The notes below the pieces were generated by a model. That model did not search any database. It worked only from the letters and a program-made list of their open reading frames with translations, and was not told where the DNA came from. Made by a program: the position numbers and the translations under genes. A DNA stretch of 64,000 nt, taken from positions 23,312,001 to 23,376,000 of the forward strand of contig CATNEN010000038.1 of assembly GCA_950097015.1 (NCBI GenBank), read 5' to 3'. Each line of letters begins with the position of its first letter. The first letter of the stretch is position 1. Below, one piece after another: positions 1-14,000 of this stretch. This DNA is from Macrostomum hystrix (lineage: Eukaryota; Animalia; Platyhelminthes).

Positions 1-479
1 AATTAAAAATGATTACAAAAAATACTATTTTTTCCAAGCTTTGAAAAAGTTTCTGTAATAAATTGCTCTAGTTTAGCTCTTTCAAACTAAAAACAAGGAT
101 TTGCATCACTCCTAAATATAGATTTCACTTAACCCATTTGGTGCTGTTCCTTGATTGTGTACACTGTTATACGGCTGCATCAACTGCCGCAGCCAAATTA
201 ATTTACCACTGATGGAGCCCGCGTGGATTATGTGCAGGCCCTCCGCTGCGACGCTGTTCCACCGGATGCTGTTAGATGCGACACGAGCAGAATTAGAACG
301 GATTCCATGGTCCGATCACGGCAGTGAGGCGCAACTCCTGCCGTTCTGTCGCATTAACCATCAGGGAAATGAACAACTTGCTAGTTGCTCTTTTCGTAAA
401 CTTTCGCCGGGCTTTCGACTCGGTTCTCCAAGCCTAACTCACATGTCACAGCAGCTGATTATACCGCCTGCATGATGGC

Positions 480-712
480 GTCGTGTTGAGGACACCATCG
501 CTTAGGAGTAATTCCGACGGCCTGCCACGCTGGCGCCTTTTCTATTCGTGATTTTCATGAAACGAGATGGGTGCTCCGGACCGGGCCGCCATCCGCGTGG
601 ACTACGATTTCTGCTGTCAAGAGCCTGTGCAACGACACCTTGAGAATTGAAGAGGCTCTGCGCTTTCGTCTATGCAGACGACATTGCACTGCTGTCTTCT
701 ACGGTCGAACTC
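480..712 (+). pseudogene. Degenerate RTE-type non-LTR retrotransposon reverse transcriptase fragment
   Basis: 527-550 encodes TLAPFLFV and 671-709 encodes YADDIALLSSTVE. These match the RT motifs of the better-preserved copy at 58.1-58.9 kb (TLAPFLFVLL...GYADDLALLSSTVE); the sequence between the motifs is degenerate. Confidence 0.8.
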
Positions 713-1629
713 GAAGTTCGTTTACTTCTCGGCGGACTCGTGCTGCATGGGCGTAATTAAGCCTGGTACCTTTTGTTCAGTGCGGACGATGCTCTTCCAA
801 ACGGTCGTTAAAAACGTCGTCATGAATGAACTGATATGTCATTTACATCTGTAGAAAAATATAAATATATATTTACATCATTTCGCATTGGTAAAGTTAG
901 TCATGGTGATCGGCAGGTGCACAAAGAAACCGTCTGACCTCCTAGTTTATGTCTTGTACATGCATCTTTAGGCAACTACAGGAATGTTTATGTAATTAAG
1001 AACGGTTTAGATTGAAATTTTTAAGGTATAAAATATCCTGCGTGGTTATAAAATAATCTTGAGCTTGAGTGATAATTGCATATTTCAAATAGACAAGCCA
1101 CGTTTTTTGTTACCTATAGCTACGATTTACATAGCGACTACATTTCTACGTAAAACCAAAACTTTAAATCAAAATTTATTGGAATAGTACTAATAATAAA
1201 TTTAAATTACTCCCGTGATAGCTAAAAACAAAAAAGAAGAGGCTAAGCAATTTATTATCAACATTAAATACAGCTTTTTGTTGTACTTTTAAAGCAGTGT
1301 GTGCGTCGATATAACTCGCGAAAAAATCACAATTTCGGAGAACGTTAAACACGTGAGCGTGCGTTATGTATATTGTTTACGTTTTGTCTAACATTTTCGT
1401 GACTTTACTAAGGCAGTGTTACTGCTTTTAACTTAAAAGGGGTAGAAGATAGTACACATTTACTATCACTGGTTTGAAAGTTCTCACTCTTCCTGAAATT
1501 CCAGATTTATAATTTCAATTTTATCTACATCTATTTTACTACTAATACTAATACTAATAGTTAGGCAAGGTTGTATCTAACAACAGCTAGGCCCTATCAT
1601 CAATCAATCGAATCAACCTATCATTTAAT

Positions 1630-4600
1630 ATGGAAAATACTTGTGCGTCTTGTGGCAAAGCAGTTTACACAATGGAACTATTAAAGTGTATTGATCAGGT
1701 AAGAAATAAAAAAATTGAGTTGTTTATTTTTGTAAGACCTACTAAATAGGCACCTAGGCTACGAACTTTTTATTTAGAAGAAAGTATTCTATAGTTTAAC
1801 AATTTCCTATTCAGCCTAAACTGTAAGTAGCCTTGCATATAATATAATATAAGGTACATTATATTTTTTAGTAGGCCTATATAACTTGTAGAATAGTGAA
1901 ATAAGTTAATATGAATTTTGTTTTTGTACTGTGTCTGTAAGTGTAGTGTTGTCTGTGGCTAAAGCTAGCTAGTGTAAGTTATTTTAACTAAGCATTGCCT
2001 ATGACTAGCTAGCTTATTGCATACAGCCTATAAGTCTATTTGTTTTGACATTTTGCTAGGCCTAGCCCTAGGCTTAGGGGCCCGTGTCTATATAAATAGT
2101 TTGTTTGACCTTGCTATCATTGTTAAATGAGTATTCATAACCAAGTCTAGACTCTAGACTATAGACTAAACAGCAATGTTACTAGTTATAGTTTCCTATA
2201 TTATATAACTTCGTATTGTGTTTTTTATTTAGTACTATATTCAAGCTATAATGAACTTTAGTGAATTCTATAACATACATACTTTTGTTTTTTTGATTGA
2301 CTTTAAACTTCACCTGACCAGCTGTCTTTATCCCACTATCTCCCATAGTTCAGAACACTCTATATGTAGAAAAATGAACTAATTTTTGGCATACATTGAT
2401 GTAAGCTCTTACCCATAAGCTCTAAATTGCTAATATCACTTATCTAATTTAATACATAATTTAAGCATTCATATTTGTCTGTATAGTGCTTTATATTTTT
2501 AAACAAGAATAGAAAACTGCTAGTATTTCTGTTAGAATTTAAACTTTAAAACTTTTGAAAATAAGGGAAAATACCCTGTATTATTGTTGTATTTTATGGT
2601 ATATAGACAATTATAATGTAACACTATAATTATTATTAAGCATGTATACCACTCACCAGCAGCCCCTTGGAAAATCAAGTCTTGTATGCTAACATTAACA
2701 CTAAAATGCTTAAGTGTGCCTAGGAAATTTCTGGGTTATATGCCTTCTTATAGACTATAGACCATATCTTGCAGCTTATTTAGCTACCTGTATATTAAAA
2801 AAGAATAGCCATTTGGTTTAAGTTTGCTCATACATAGAATTTTTAACCTAGCACCCATAAAACCTCTATAGCACAGATTTATGAACTATTTTTTGGATTA
2901 AGGTTTTAGAAGCCAGTGGTGTTAAGCTTGAAGTAGTCACTTTTTTATTATGAGTAACACTTCATGTATCATACTTAGATTAGCTAGAAACTGTTAAGGG
3001 TTGACAGTGTTGGGCAAGTTACTTTAAAAAAGTAACTTCCGGTCAAGTAACTTCCGGTTCTAAAGAAAGTAACTCCCGGTAGTAGTTCCGGTACCGGCAC
3101 TCGAAAATAAAAGTAACTTCCGGTTCTTCGGCACCGGTACTTTCTACTTTTGAAAAATCGCGTGTTAAAGAAGGGCTTAATTATGTTTTTATTATTAAAA
3201 AACCAATAATAACATGCCTTTGCAACTGCCAACTTGTCTAGAGTAAAACCAAGTGGAAAATGATTAAATGAAATTATTGAAAACGAAAAATTAATTTCTG
3301 AAAACCTATATTTTTATGGTTTTTGCTTCTTTTTCCAGCACTAAGGTTCAATCCTTGCTGTGGCAGAACTTTACCAATTACCACTCAAAAGTTTGGCCTG
3401 CGCAACTAAAAAAGCTGAAAAGAAATTAGATTTGCATGTATTTTACACCATAACATTACATTAAGTTTAAATTTGAATAAAGAGTGCGCAAATAGACTAA
3501 ACGTGATCAGTAAAAAATGAAAATTCGAAAATTGAAAAATCGCGCCTCTGTTTGACGATAATTCGAGCCTGCCCTCAGAAATCGCATATTCGCGCCTCAA
3601 TCACACCACTGAATAACTAACAACACAAGTCTTACAAACTAATGACATAAAGTGACAACTCTAAAAAGGTGGAAAGAGTAGCTCTAGTGGCGCTGCTGCC
3701 CTGCTGATAATTACCTTTATTAATTCAATAACCTTTTAAGCCCTGAAAAAACTACTTTGACATTTAGACAATTTAGCCTAGGTTAACAGCTGAGAAAAAA
3801 AGTTTGCATGCTTCTTAAAAGGAACCCCCGTAATTTAAACTTGAAAGCTTTAGCACTAGTGTAAAAGCTAGATATAGACAGTCATGTTGTCACAATTCAC
3901 ATCAAATGCCTGTTGCCGCGAAGTAGTACAAGGCGGTTTAGTGTCGCGTCGGCAAGAGGTGCTCGCTTTGCTCGAATTAAAAATTTAATTTTTTAAAGAA
4001 CCAAAAAGTTGTTAAAATTCACCAACTAAATAAAATTCGAAATTTCTCGGCATTTCTTACGACATTATGAACTGATGATATGAAAATTCTTTCAATTTGT
4101 ATGTTTTCTTTACTTTCTTTCTCTTTTTTTCTCTGCATTTAAAAAAGTGCCGGAAGTACCGGACTTAACAAAAAGTAACTTCCGATACCCTAGTCCGGCA
4201 CTACAAAAAAAAGAACCGGAAAAAAGTGCCGCTTTAAAAAACAGTAACTTCCGGCACAAAAAGTGCCGGAAGTGCCGGAAGGTTGCCCAACACTGAGGGT
4301 TGACTAAAATTAATGTAACATTTCAGCATATCATTTAGTGGCAATGTTGCAGTTTGTTTTGCAATATTTTTTATGAATCAATTGTGTTTTGTTTGATTGT
4401 CTAATTTTCACTTGTATAAATTCTGTGCTAGGCCTATAGACACTAGATCAAACATTACTAAAAGTGGGTGTAGGGGAAATTATTTTTAGGTCTACAAAGC
4501 TACGCTTAGAGACTACCTATTGAAGAGTTTTAGTACTTGGGGTATACATGCTGCTAATTTATCTTTAATAATTCTAGGTGCTGAGGTTGCCTCAGCTACT

Positions 4601-7600
4601 ATGTTTTAAGTGTTTGCTTCTTATTATTGGATTATTATAACTTTTGATTTAATTTTAATCGTTGCTAAGCCATGTACCTGCCCTAACAGTAGTTTAAGAA
4701 AAAAAATCTAGATTATACGTATTAAATTTTATTATATCCAATATAAAAAGTTTCTCACCTTATCTATATTTTATTTTGTATTTTTAGTCTTGGCACAGAA
4801 CTTGCTTCAAGTGTCAGACCTGTGGGACTTCACTGAATGTAAAAAACTACAAAGCTTTTGACAAAAAGCCATTCTGTAATGTGTAAGTGAACAAATAATT
4901 TCTTCTATGAGTATATCAGCTGTAGAAATACTGATGTGTATTTTAAATATCCACTTATTTCTTTTTTCTGTACCTTTCAAATATTCCCCGCTAAAAAATA
5001 GGGATGTTTCTTTGGGTGATTCCAGTTGGAATCTGCGGTGTTTCCCGAAAAAGAAACAGCCGACCGCTGGAAACATACCAATCGGATGATTCCATGCTTA
5101 GAATCTACCCAACTGGGCGTTTTCTCGGAGCTTCTTGGTGGCGAAATGGAATCACCCAAAGAATCTTCCAGTTCGGAAGATTCCATGCTCAGAAACCGCC
5201 GAGGAATCGCCCGTAAATAATTCTTTGGTTGTCCCATGGGCCACTGGTTCGGGTGATTCTTCGGCGGTTTCCGCACAATTTACGGTTACATCGGCTGCTT
5301 CCTGGGTGGTTTCTTTAACTCTTGCGAGATAGGGGGGATTTCGGTAGATTCCACTCCTATTTTGCACAAAAAACCCGCCGAAGAAGCAGCCGAATTTTTT
5401 ACAGGGTCTACCAGTCGCCATGCAAATTCAGGGATGTCTTTCCCAGGTAGAAAAATAGCCTGGTATTCCTACTCTTGAGCAAAACATTTTTCATTTTGGG
5501 TGGGTGTAGCAGCGTCACAGTTCATGGACTAAACTGCTCAATAGCTATACATGAGGCCTAACAGGCATAATATTTCCCAAGTTTCATTTATTTCACCGTA
5601 TGCAAAATAACATTTTCTGTGGTCGAAATGCTTTGAAACATTTACGTGCATTGCTGAACTCATAATTTTCAGGCACTATCCACAGACCAAGGCTTACACA
5701 TTTGTCACTGACAATCAAGAGATTCAACGTGTTAAGCAGAACACAGCCGTCATTAGCGCTGTAAGCTCTTCTAAAAACATTTCGTTGATAAAATATTCAG
5801 GTGTCACCTCAAATTTAGACTGCAGATTCGGAAACACGTCACTAGAAGAATATTATAATGAAATGCAGAAAATTTCTTATCAGTTCGCAAACGCAGAAAA
5901 AAATTATAATCATTTCAGATTTTATTCAGGTTAGACAGACTAGCAAACTTGGCTAGCTTAACGCACCAGATTACATCAAATGTTAAGCTAAGATTATCAA
6001 GAAGTAGCTTTAAAGAGTGACTCACTTATTGTGACGCATGAGCATAAAAATTTGACTGAGTTAGTTTTCTTATACAATTTCTGTTCAGACATTTTTAAGG
6101 TGGTTACCTTAATTCGAGCATTTTAACTTAGAGTGAGTGGCACAGGCGAGGCCACACAATTATGAGGCGCAGCCGCAAAGAGCACAATTAAAATATACTC
6201 AGACTTTCCTGACGATAAGAAATTATCTACAGAACTGGCACAAAATGATGTGTCAAATAGCGTTCGCAATTAAGACCAGAATGAGGGGTATTTTAACTAG
6301 GTGGTATATATTATAATAAAAATATCCATAATTTTTGCAGGTATCTTACACTGGACGCAAGGCATCCAGTACTCATTCATCGATGGGTAAAAATGATTAG
6401 TTCCTCGAATTAGTTCATTGGCATGCAGTTTAGCCAGATAAATTTGCATTATGTGTTTTCTTAATTGGCTAGCTAGATCGCAATTAGACAAGCAACTCGT
6501 AGCATATTTGCATTTAATTAATGCGCACAATTTTTATCCTGTGCCATTAAAGTAGTAATGTATCTTTCAAATGCATAATTAAAGCTCTTTTAATTAAAGC
6601 TGTATTACAAGCTTATTATGTTTGAGAATATTTAGGATATTATATAAAATAGTTTTAACCCAACTACAGAAAATCCTCACACTTTAACCCTCACACTACA
6701 GAAATTCCAACATATCCAATTTTGAGATCCCATCACTACAGAAATCCCATCATATCCGATCCTGAGATCCCCTCATTACAGAAATCCCATCATATCCAAT
6801 CCTGAGATCCTCACACTACAGAAGTCCCATCATATCCAATCCTGAGATCCCCTCACTACAGAAATCCCATCATATCCGATCCTGAGATCCCCTCACTACA
6901 GAAATCCCATCATATCCGATCCTGAGATCCCCTCACTACAGAAATCCCATCATATCCAATCCTGAGATCCCCTCACTACAGAAATCCCATCATATCCAAT
7001 CCTGAGATCCTCACACTACAGAAGTCCCATCATATCCAATCCTGAGATCCCCTCACTACAGAAATCCCATCATATCCGATCCTGAGATCCCCTCACTACA
7101 GAAATCCCATCATATCCGATCCTGAGATCCCCTCACTACAGAAATCCCATCATATCCAATCCTGAGATCCCCTCACTACAGAAATCCCATCATATCCAAT
7201 CATGAGATCCCCTCACTACAGAAATCCCATCATATCCGATCCTGAGATCCCCTCACTACAGAAATCCCATCATATCCAATCATGAGATCCCCTCACTACA
7301 GAAATCCCATCATATCCAATCCTGAGATCCTCACACTACAGAAATCCCATCATATCCGATCCTGAGATCCCTCACTACAGAAATCCCATCATATCCGATC
7401 CTGAGATCCCTCACTACAGAAATCCCATCATATCCAATCCTGGAATCCCCTCACAACAGAAATCCCAACATATCCAATCTTGAGATCCCCTCACTACAGA
7501 AATCCCATCATATCCGATCCTGAGATCCTCACACACCTCCTGAAATCCCATCATATCCGATGCTGAGATCCTCACACACCTCCTGAAATCTCATCATATC

Positions 7601-8911
7601 CAATCATGAGATCCCCTCACTACAGAAATCACATCATATCCAATCATGAAAATCAGTTTTAATAATCCCATCCATCTGATGTCATCAATGTACTTTTAGC
7701 TGTCGTCAACCGCCGCCTGTCTGAGACGCCAACGCCGATGGTGCCGCAGCATCAGCCGCTTCAGCAGCAGTCTTCCTACCAGCCGGGCTCAATTAACGAC
7801 TTCGATCCCGAGACGCACAACACGGCTGACCGGGGATTAGATCCCAAGGCGGGAAGACGAGGATCGACTATCTTTGCTAGCACAAGTGAGTCTTTTGCTG
7901 CTTTCGGGGGTTGATGGAAACTTTATTTTATTCTTGTTTTTTTTCAATCTTCTTACTTTTTAGGCTTGCTAACTAGGTCGGACTCGCGGCCTCACGATGC
8001 TTTAAAGCCTGATGATGTGCCGCAGTCTGCTTTGGCTTCAACCCCTGAAGAGGTGCCGCAGAGCTTTACCGAAGTGCAGTCAAAAGGGCCTCAAGAAGTG
8101 CCTAAATCTCAGGCAGTCACTCCTGAAACTAAGCCTGAAGAAATACCTCAACCTCAGGCAGATACTCCTGAAGCTAAGCCTGAAGAAATACCTCAACCTC
8201 AGGCAGACACTCCTGAAGCTAAGCCTGAAGAAATAACTAAACCTCAGGCTGACACTCCTGAAGCTAAGCCTGAAGAAATACCTAAATCTCAGGCTGACAC
8301 TCCTGAAGCTAAGCCTAAAGAAATACCTAAATCTCAGGCCGACACTCCTGAAGCTAAGCCTGAAGAAATACCTAAATCTCAGGCCGACACTCCTGAAGCT
8401 AAGCCTGAAGAAATACCTAAACCTCAGGCAGACACTCCTGAAGCTAAGCCTGAAGAAATACCTAAATCTCAGGCAGACACTTTTGAAGCTAAGCCTGAAG
8501 AGAAAAAGGCTGAGCCTGAGTTTAATCATGAAGAGCATTCGCATCCTGAACCGTTTAAATCTGAAGCGAAGCCAGTGGTTGCAGTCAAGCCGGCGGGCCC
8601 TTTGAAGCGAAATCGCGGTGTGAGTAAAAATTCTCTCTTTAAAACCGCTCTTTAAAACAGGAATTGTTTAGCGAACAAAATTTACTTAACAATGCCACTA
8701 TGCTCAACACAAATAATCTCAACAGCTCTGCTATCGAGCTCAATTCGACTATACTGCTCAAGACTCAGACGAGGTGACTTTCAGCACTGGCGACATCATC
8801 ACGAATGTCGACGCTGTGGACGCCTGCTGGGTCTACGGCATAGTTGAACGAACCGGACGCTGTGGACTGCTGCCTGCTAGCTATCTTGTGCCCGAAGATC
8901 ACCGCGCCTAA
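1630..8911 (+). CDS. LASP1: LIM, nebulin-repeat and SH3 domain protein (LASP/nebulette family)
   Basis: Exons 1630-1698, 4788-4882, 5673-5760, 6341-6386, 7700-7885, 7964-8619, 8726-8911, all GT-AG and phase-compatible. LIM domain: MENTCASCGKAVYTMELLKCIDQ|SWHRTCFKCQTC...PFCNVHYP. Nebulin-like segment: FVTDNQEIQRVKQNTAVISAVSY. GSINDFDP motif. C-terminal SH3: YRAQFDYTAQDSDEVTFSTGDII...WVYGIVERTGRCGLLPASYL. Confidence 0.93.
3005..4295. mobile_element. Non-autonomous hAT-type DNA transposon (1291 bp) in LASP intron 1
   Basis: Perfect TIRs CAGTGTTGGGCAA / TTGCCCAACACTG. Exact 8-bp TSD AGGGTTGA at 2997-3004 and 4296-4303. Subterminal GTAACTTCCGG repeats at both ends. No transposase ORF. Confidence 0.92.
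4986..5406. mobile_element. Possible MITE in LASP intron 2
   Basis: GC-richer island with imperfect ends CCCGCTAAAAAAT / ATTTTTTACAGGG and internal GATTCC/GGAATC repeats. No clear TSD. Confidence 0.4.
6697..7650. repeat. 40-bp minisatellite (about 23 copies), LASP intron 4
   Basis: Unit GAAATCCCATCATATCC(G/A)ATCCTGAGATCCCCTCACTACA with degenerate edges. Confidence 0.95.
8101..8500 (+). repeat. 45-bp coding tandem repeat (about 9 x PKSQADTPEAKPEEI) in LASP exon 6
   Basis: In-frame repeat CCTAAATCTCAGGCnGACACTCCTGAAGCTAAGCCTGAAGAAATA between a valid acceptor (7962-7963) and donor (8620). Confidence 0.93.
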
Positions 8912-9214
8912 ATTTACTGACGTCAGACTCAATGTTTTTTACTCACTTTTGTTTTAATCCTACAACCTCATTAAGTTTGGGAACGGCAACCTCATTAAGA
9001 TTGAGGCTCAAGGAATGAACTCAAAATCAGTTGTAAGATATGACAAGTGAAATTTGACTGATAGATGGTGCACAAGGATGTGATGAGACAGCGATAATAT
9101 GAGCTAAGATAATAAGATATGATAAGATAAGACAGTGAATAGTGTAGCTAGATAAGACACATGGGAGATAAGACCGAGGAGAGGTGAGGCAGGGGGAGAA
9201 GAAACAGGGGAGAG

Positions 9215-10340
9215 ATTAGACAGGGAGAGATGAGACAGGGGAGGGATGAGACATAAAGAGATTAGACAGGGAGAGATGAGTCATAAAGATATTAGACAGG
9301 GAGAGATGAGACATGAAGAGATTAGACAGGGAGAGATGAGACAGGGGAGGGATGAGACATAAAGAGATTAGACAGGGAGAGATGAGTCATAAAGAGATTA
9401 GACAGGGAGAGATGAGACATAAAGATATTAGACAGGGAGAGATGAGACATAAAGAGATTAGACAGGGAGAGATGAGTCATAAAGATATTAGACAGGGAGA
9501 GATGAGTCATAAAGAGATTAGACAGGGAGAGATGAGACATAAAGAGATTAGACAGGGAGAGATGAGTCATAAAGATATTAGACAGGGAGAGATGAGACAT
9601 AAAGATATTAGACAGGGAGAGATGAGACATAAAGATATTAGACAGGGAGAGATGAGACATAAAGATATTAGACAGGGAGAGATGAGACATAAAGAGATTA
9701 GACAGGGAGAGATGAGTCATAAAGATATTAGACAGGGAGAGATGAGTCATAAAGAGATGAGATAGGGAGAGATGAGTCATAAAGATATTAGACAGGGAGA
9801 GATGAGTCATAAAGAGATGAGATAGGGAGAGATGAGTCATAAAGATATTAGACAGGGAGAGATGAGACATAAAGAGATTAGACAGGGAGAGATGAGTCAT
9901 AAAGATATTAGACAGGGAGAGATGAGACATAAAGATATTAGACAGGGAGAGATGAGTCATAAAGAGATGAGACAGGGAGAGATGAGTCATAAAGATATTA
10001 GACAGGGAGAGATGAGTCATAAAGAGATTAGACAGGGAGAGATGAGTCATAAAGATATTAGACAGGGAGAGATGAGTCATAAAGATATTAGACAGGGAGA
10101 GATGAGTCATAAAGAGATGAGACAGGGAGAGATGAGTCATAAAGATATTAGACAGGGAGAGATGAGTCATAAAGAGATTAGACAGGGAGAGATGAGTCAT
10201 AAAGATATTAGACAGGGAGAGATGAGTCATAAAGATATTAGACAGGGAGAGATGAGACATGAAGAGATTAGACAGGGAGAGATGAGACATAAAGAGATTA
10301 GACATGGAGAGATGAGACATGAAGAGATTAGACAGGGAGA
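9215..10340. repeat. 30-bp (2 x 15) purine-rich minisatellite downstream of LASP
   Basis: Unit GACAGGGAGAGATGAG(A/T)CATAAAGA(G/T)ATTA. Confidence 0.95.
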
Positions 10341-11045
10341 GGAACTCTACGTGAGCTCTATATGAGATTAGATTAGTCAGGGGGGGGAGAGTTGTGACAC
10401 AGGCAGTAAACACAGTTTTGATTACGTGTTGAAATGTTCATGTGTGCTCAATTCAGGAGCTGTTTGGTATATCGTAGAATGCCTTCAAATTGCTTTGCTA
10501 AAAGGCTTCTGCAAATCAACACATTAATTGAACACATTCCCCTTAATTGTATTTATTTTAATATGACTAGCCGCTTTCCAATTTTCTCTTTAAGTAGTAG
10601 TAAGCAACGAAAATAAATAACTTTTTTCTCCGAGATGTCATAGTTATTCAGAAAATATTTTTTATATTAAAAATGCAAACGTGATTGATTTTTTTATCTG
10701 GTCGTTAATGATTTTTTCTTAACTTTGATTGTTTTCAATTTTTGCTATCAATTCATTTTAATTTTTACAAATCCAAAAGGTGCAATCAAATTTCAACTGA
10801 TTTGTCTATTTTCTCAGTTGGTAAGTCTCGTAAGATTTTTACACATTTTTATGATGCTTTGGTGCTTTGAATGGCTATTTTTGCTTGTTGACCAATTTTT
10901 TTAATAGCAAAATTTCTAACCTTTATCAAAATAAACGGTTTCCATTTTTAGGTCATTGATTAAACTTTTTTGTCCTTTTTTCAATATTAATAAGTGAGAA
11001 TCCGCAATTTAGTAATTACTTTTTTAATTTCTGATTAAAAAAGTA

Positions 11046-14000
11046 ACTCATTAACCATTTCAAAGTCTCATCCACTCATTAACCACTTCAAAGTCTCATC
11101 CACTCATTAACCACTTCAAAGTCTCATCCACTCATTAACCATCTCAAAGTCTCATCCACTCATTAACCATTTCAAAGTCTCATCCACTCATTAACCACTT
11201 CAAAGTCTCATCCACTCATTAACCATTTCAAAGTCTCATCCACTCATTAACCATTTCAAAGTCTCATCCACTCATTAACCATTTCAAAGTCTCATCCACT
11301 CATTAACCATTTCAAAGTCTCATCCACTCATTAACCATTTCAAAGTCTCATCCACTCATTAACCATTTCAAAGTCTCATCCACTCATTAACCATTTCAAA
11401 GTCTCATCCACTCATTAACCATTTGAAAGTCTCATCCACTCATTAACCATTTGAAAGTCTCATCCACTCATTAACCACTTCAAAGTCTCATCCACTCATT
11501 AACCATTTCAAAGTCTCATCCACTCATTAACCATTTCAAAGTCTCATCCACTCATTAACCATTTCAAAGTCTCATCCACTCATTAACCACTTCAAAGTCT
11601 CATCCACTCATTAACCACTTCAAAGTCTCATCCACTCATTAACCATCTCAAAGTCTCATCCACTCATTAACCATTTGAAAGTCTCATCCACTCATTAACC
11701 ATTTCAAAGTCTCATCCACTCATTAACCATTTCAAAGTCTCATCCACTCATTAACCATTTCAAAGTCTCATCCACTCATTAACCATTTCAAAGTCTCATC
11801 CACTCATTAGCCACTTCAAAGTCTCATCCACTCATTAACCATCTCAAAGTCTCATCCACTCATTAACCATTTCAAAGTCTCATCCACTCATTAGCCACTT
11901 CAAAGTCTCATCCACTCATTAACCATCTCAAAGTCTCATCCACTCATTAACCATCTCAAAGTCTCATCCACTCATTAACCACTTCAAAGTCTCATCCACT
12001 CATTAACCATCTCAAAGTCTCATCCACTCATTAACCATTTCAAAGTCTCATCCACTCATTAACCACTTCAAAGTCTCATCCACTCATTAACCATTTCAAA
12101 GTCTCATCCACTCATTAACCATTTCAAAGTCTCATCCACTCATTAACCATTTCAAAGTCTCATCCACTCATTAACCATTTCAAAGTCTCATCCACTCATT
12201 AACCATTTCAAAGTCTCATCCACTCATTAACCATTTCAAAGTCTCATCCACTCATTAACCATTTGAAAGTCTCATCCACTCATTAACCACTTCAAAGTCT
12301 CATCCACTCATTAACCATTTCAAAGTCTCATCCACTCATTAACCATTTCAAAGTCTCATCCACTCATTAACCATTTCAAAGTCTCATCCACTCATTAGCC
12401 ACTTCAAAGTCTCATCCACTCATTAACCATCTCAAAGTCTCATCCACTCATTAACCATTTCAAAGTCTCATCCACTCATTAGCCACTTCAAAGTCTCATC
12501 CACTCATTAACCATCTCAAAGTCTCATCCACTCATTAACCATCTCAAAGTCTCATCCACTCATTAACCATCTCAAAGTCTCATCCACTCATTAACCACTT
12601 CAAAGTCTCATCCACTCATTAACCATCTCAAAGTCTCATCCACTCATTAACCATTTCAAAGTCTCATCCACTCATTAACCACTTCAAAGTCTCATCCACT
12701 CATTAACCATTTGAAAGTCTCATCCACTCATTAACCATTTCAAAGTCTCATCCACTCATTAACCATTTCAAAGTCTCATCCACTCATTAACCATTTCAAA
12801 GTCTCATCCACTCATTAACCATTTCAAAGTCTCATCCACTCATTAGCCACTTCAAAGTCTCATCCACTCATTAACCATCTCAAAGTCTCATCCACTCATT
12901 AACCATTTCAAAGTCTCATCCACTCATTAACCACTTCAAAGTCTCATCCACTCATTAACCATTTCAAAGTCTCATCCACTCATTAACCATTTCAAAGTCT
13001 CATCCACTCATTAACCATTTCAAAGTCTCATCCACTCATTAACCATTTGAAAGTCTCATCCACTCATTAACCACTTCAAAGTCTCATCCACTCATTAACC
13101 ATTTCAAAGTCTCATCCACTCATTAACCATTTCAAAGTCTCATCCACTCATTAACCATTTCAAAGTCTCATCCACTCATTAACCACTTCAAAGTCTCATC
13201 CACTCATTAACCATTTCAAAGTCTCATCCACTCATTAACCATTTCAAAGTCTCATCCACTCATTAACCATTTCAAAGTCTCATCCACTCATTAACCACTT
13301 CAAAGTCTCATCCACTCATTAACCACTTCAAAGTCTCATCCACTCATTAACCATCTCAAAGTCTCATCCACTCATTAACCATTTGAAAGTCTCATCCACT
13401 CATTAACCATTTGAAAGTCTCATCCACTCATTAACCATTTCAAAGTCTCATCCACTCATTAACCATTTCAAAGTCTCATCCACTCATTAACCATTTCAAA
13501 GTCTCATCCACTCATTAGCCACTTCAAAGTCTCATCCACTCATTAACCATCTCAAAGTCTCATCCACTCATTAACCATTTCAAAGTCTCATCCACTCATT
13601 AGCCACTTCAAAGTCTCATCCACTCATTAACCATCTCAAAGTCTCATCCACTCATTAACCATCTCAAAGTCTCATCCACTCATTAACCACTTCAAAGTCT
13701 CATCCACTCATTAACCATCTCAAAGTCTCATCCACTCATTAACCATTTCAAAGTCTCATCCACTCATTAACCACTTCAAAGTCTCATCCACTCATTAACC
13801 ATTTCAAAGTCTCATCCACTCATTAACCATTTCAAAGTCTCATCCACTCATTAACCATTTCAAAGTCTCATCCACTCATTAACCATTTCAAAGTCTCATC
13901 CACTCATTAACCATTTCAAAGTCTCATCCACTCATTAACCATTTCAAAGTCTCATCCACTCATTAACCATTTCAAAGTCTCATCCACTCATTAACCACTT

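Noticed and set aside
9322-10413. Long repetitive ORFs (MSHLSLSN / MRHKEIRQGE)
   Set aside because: Products of a 30-bp tandem repeat; no splice context or domain.
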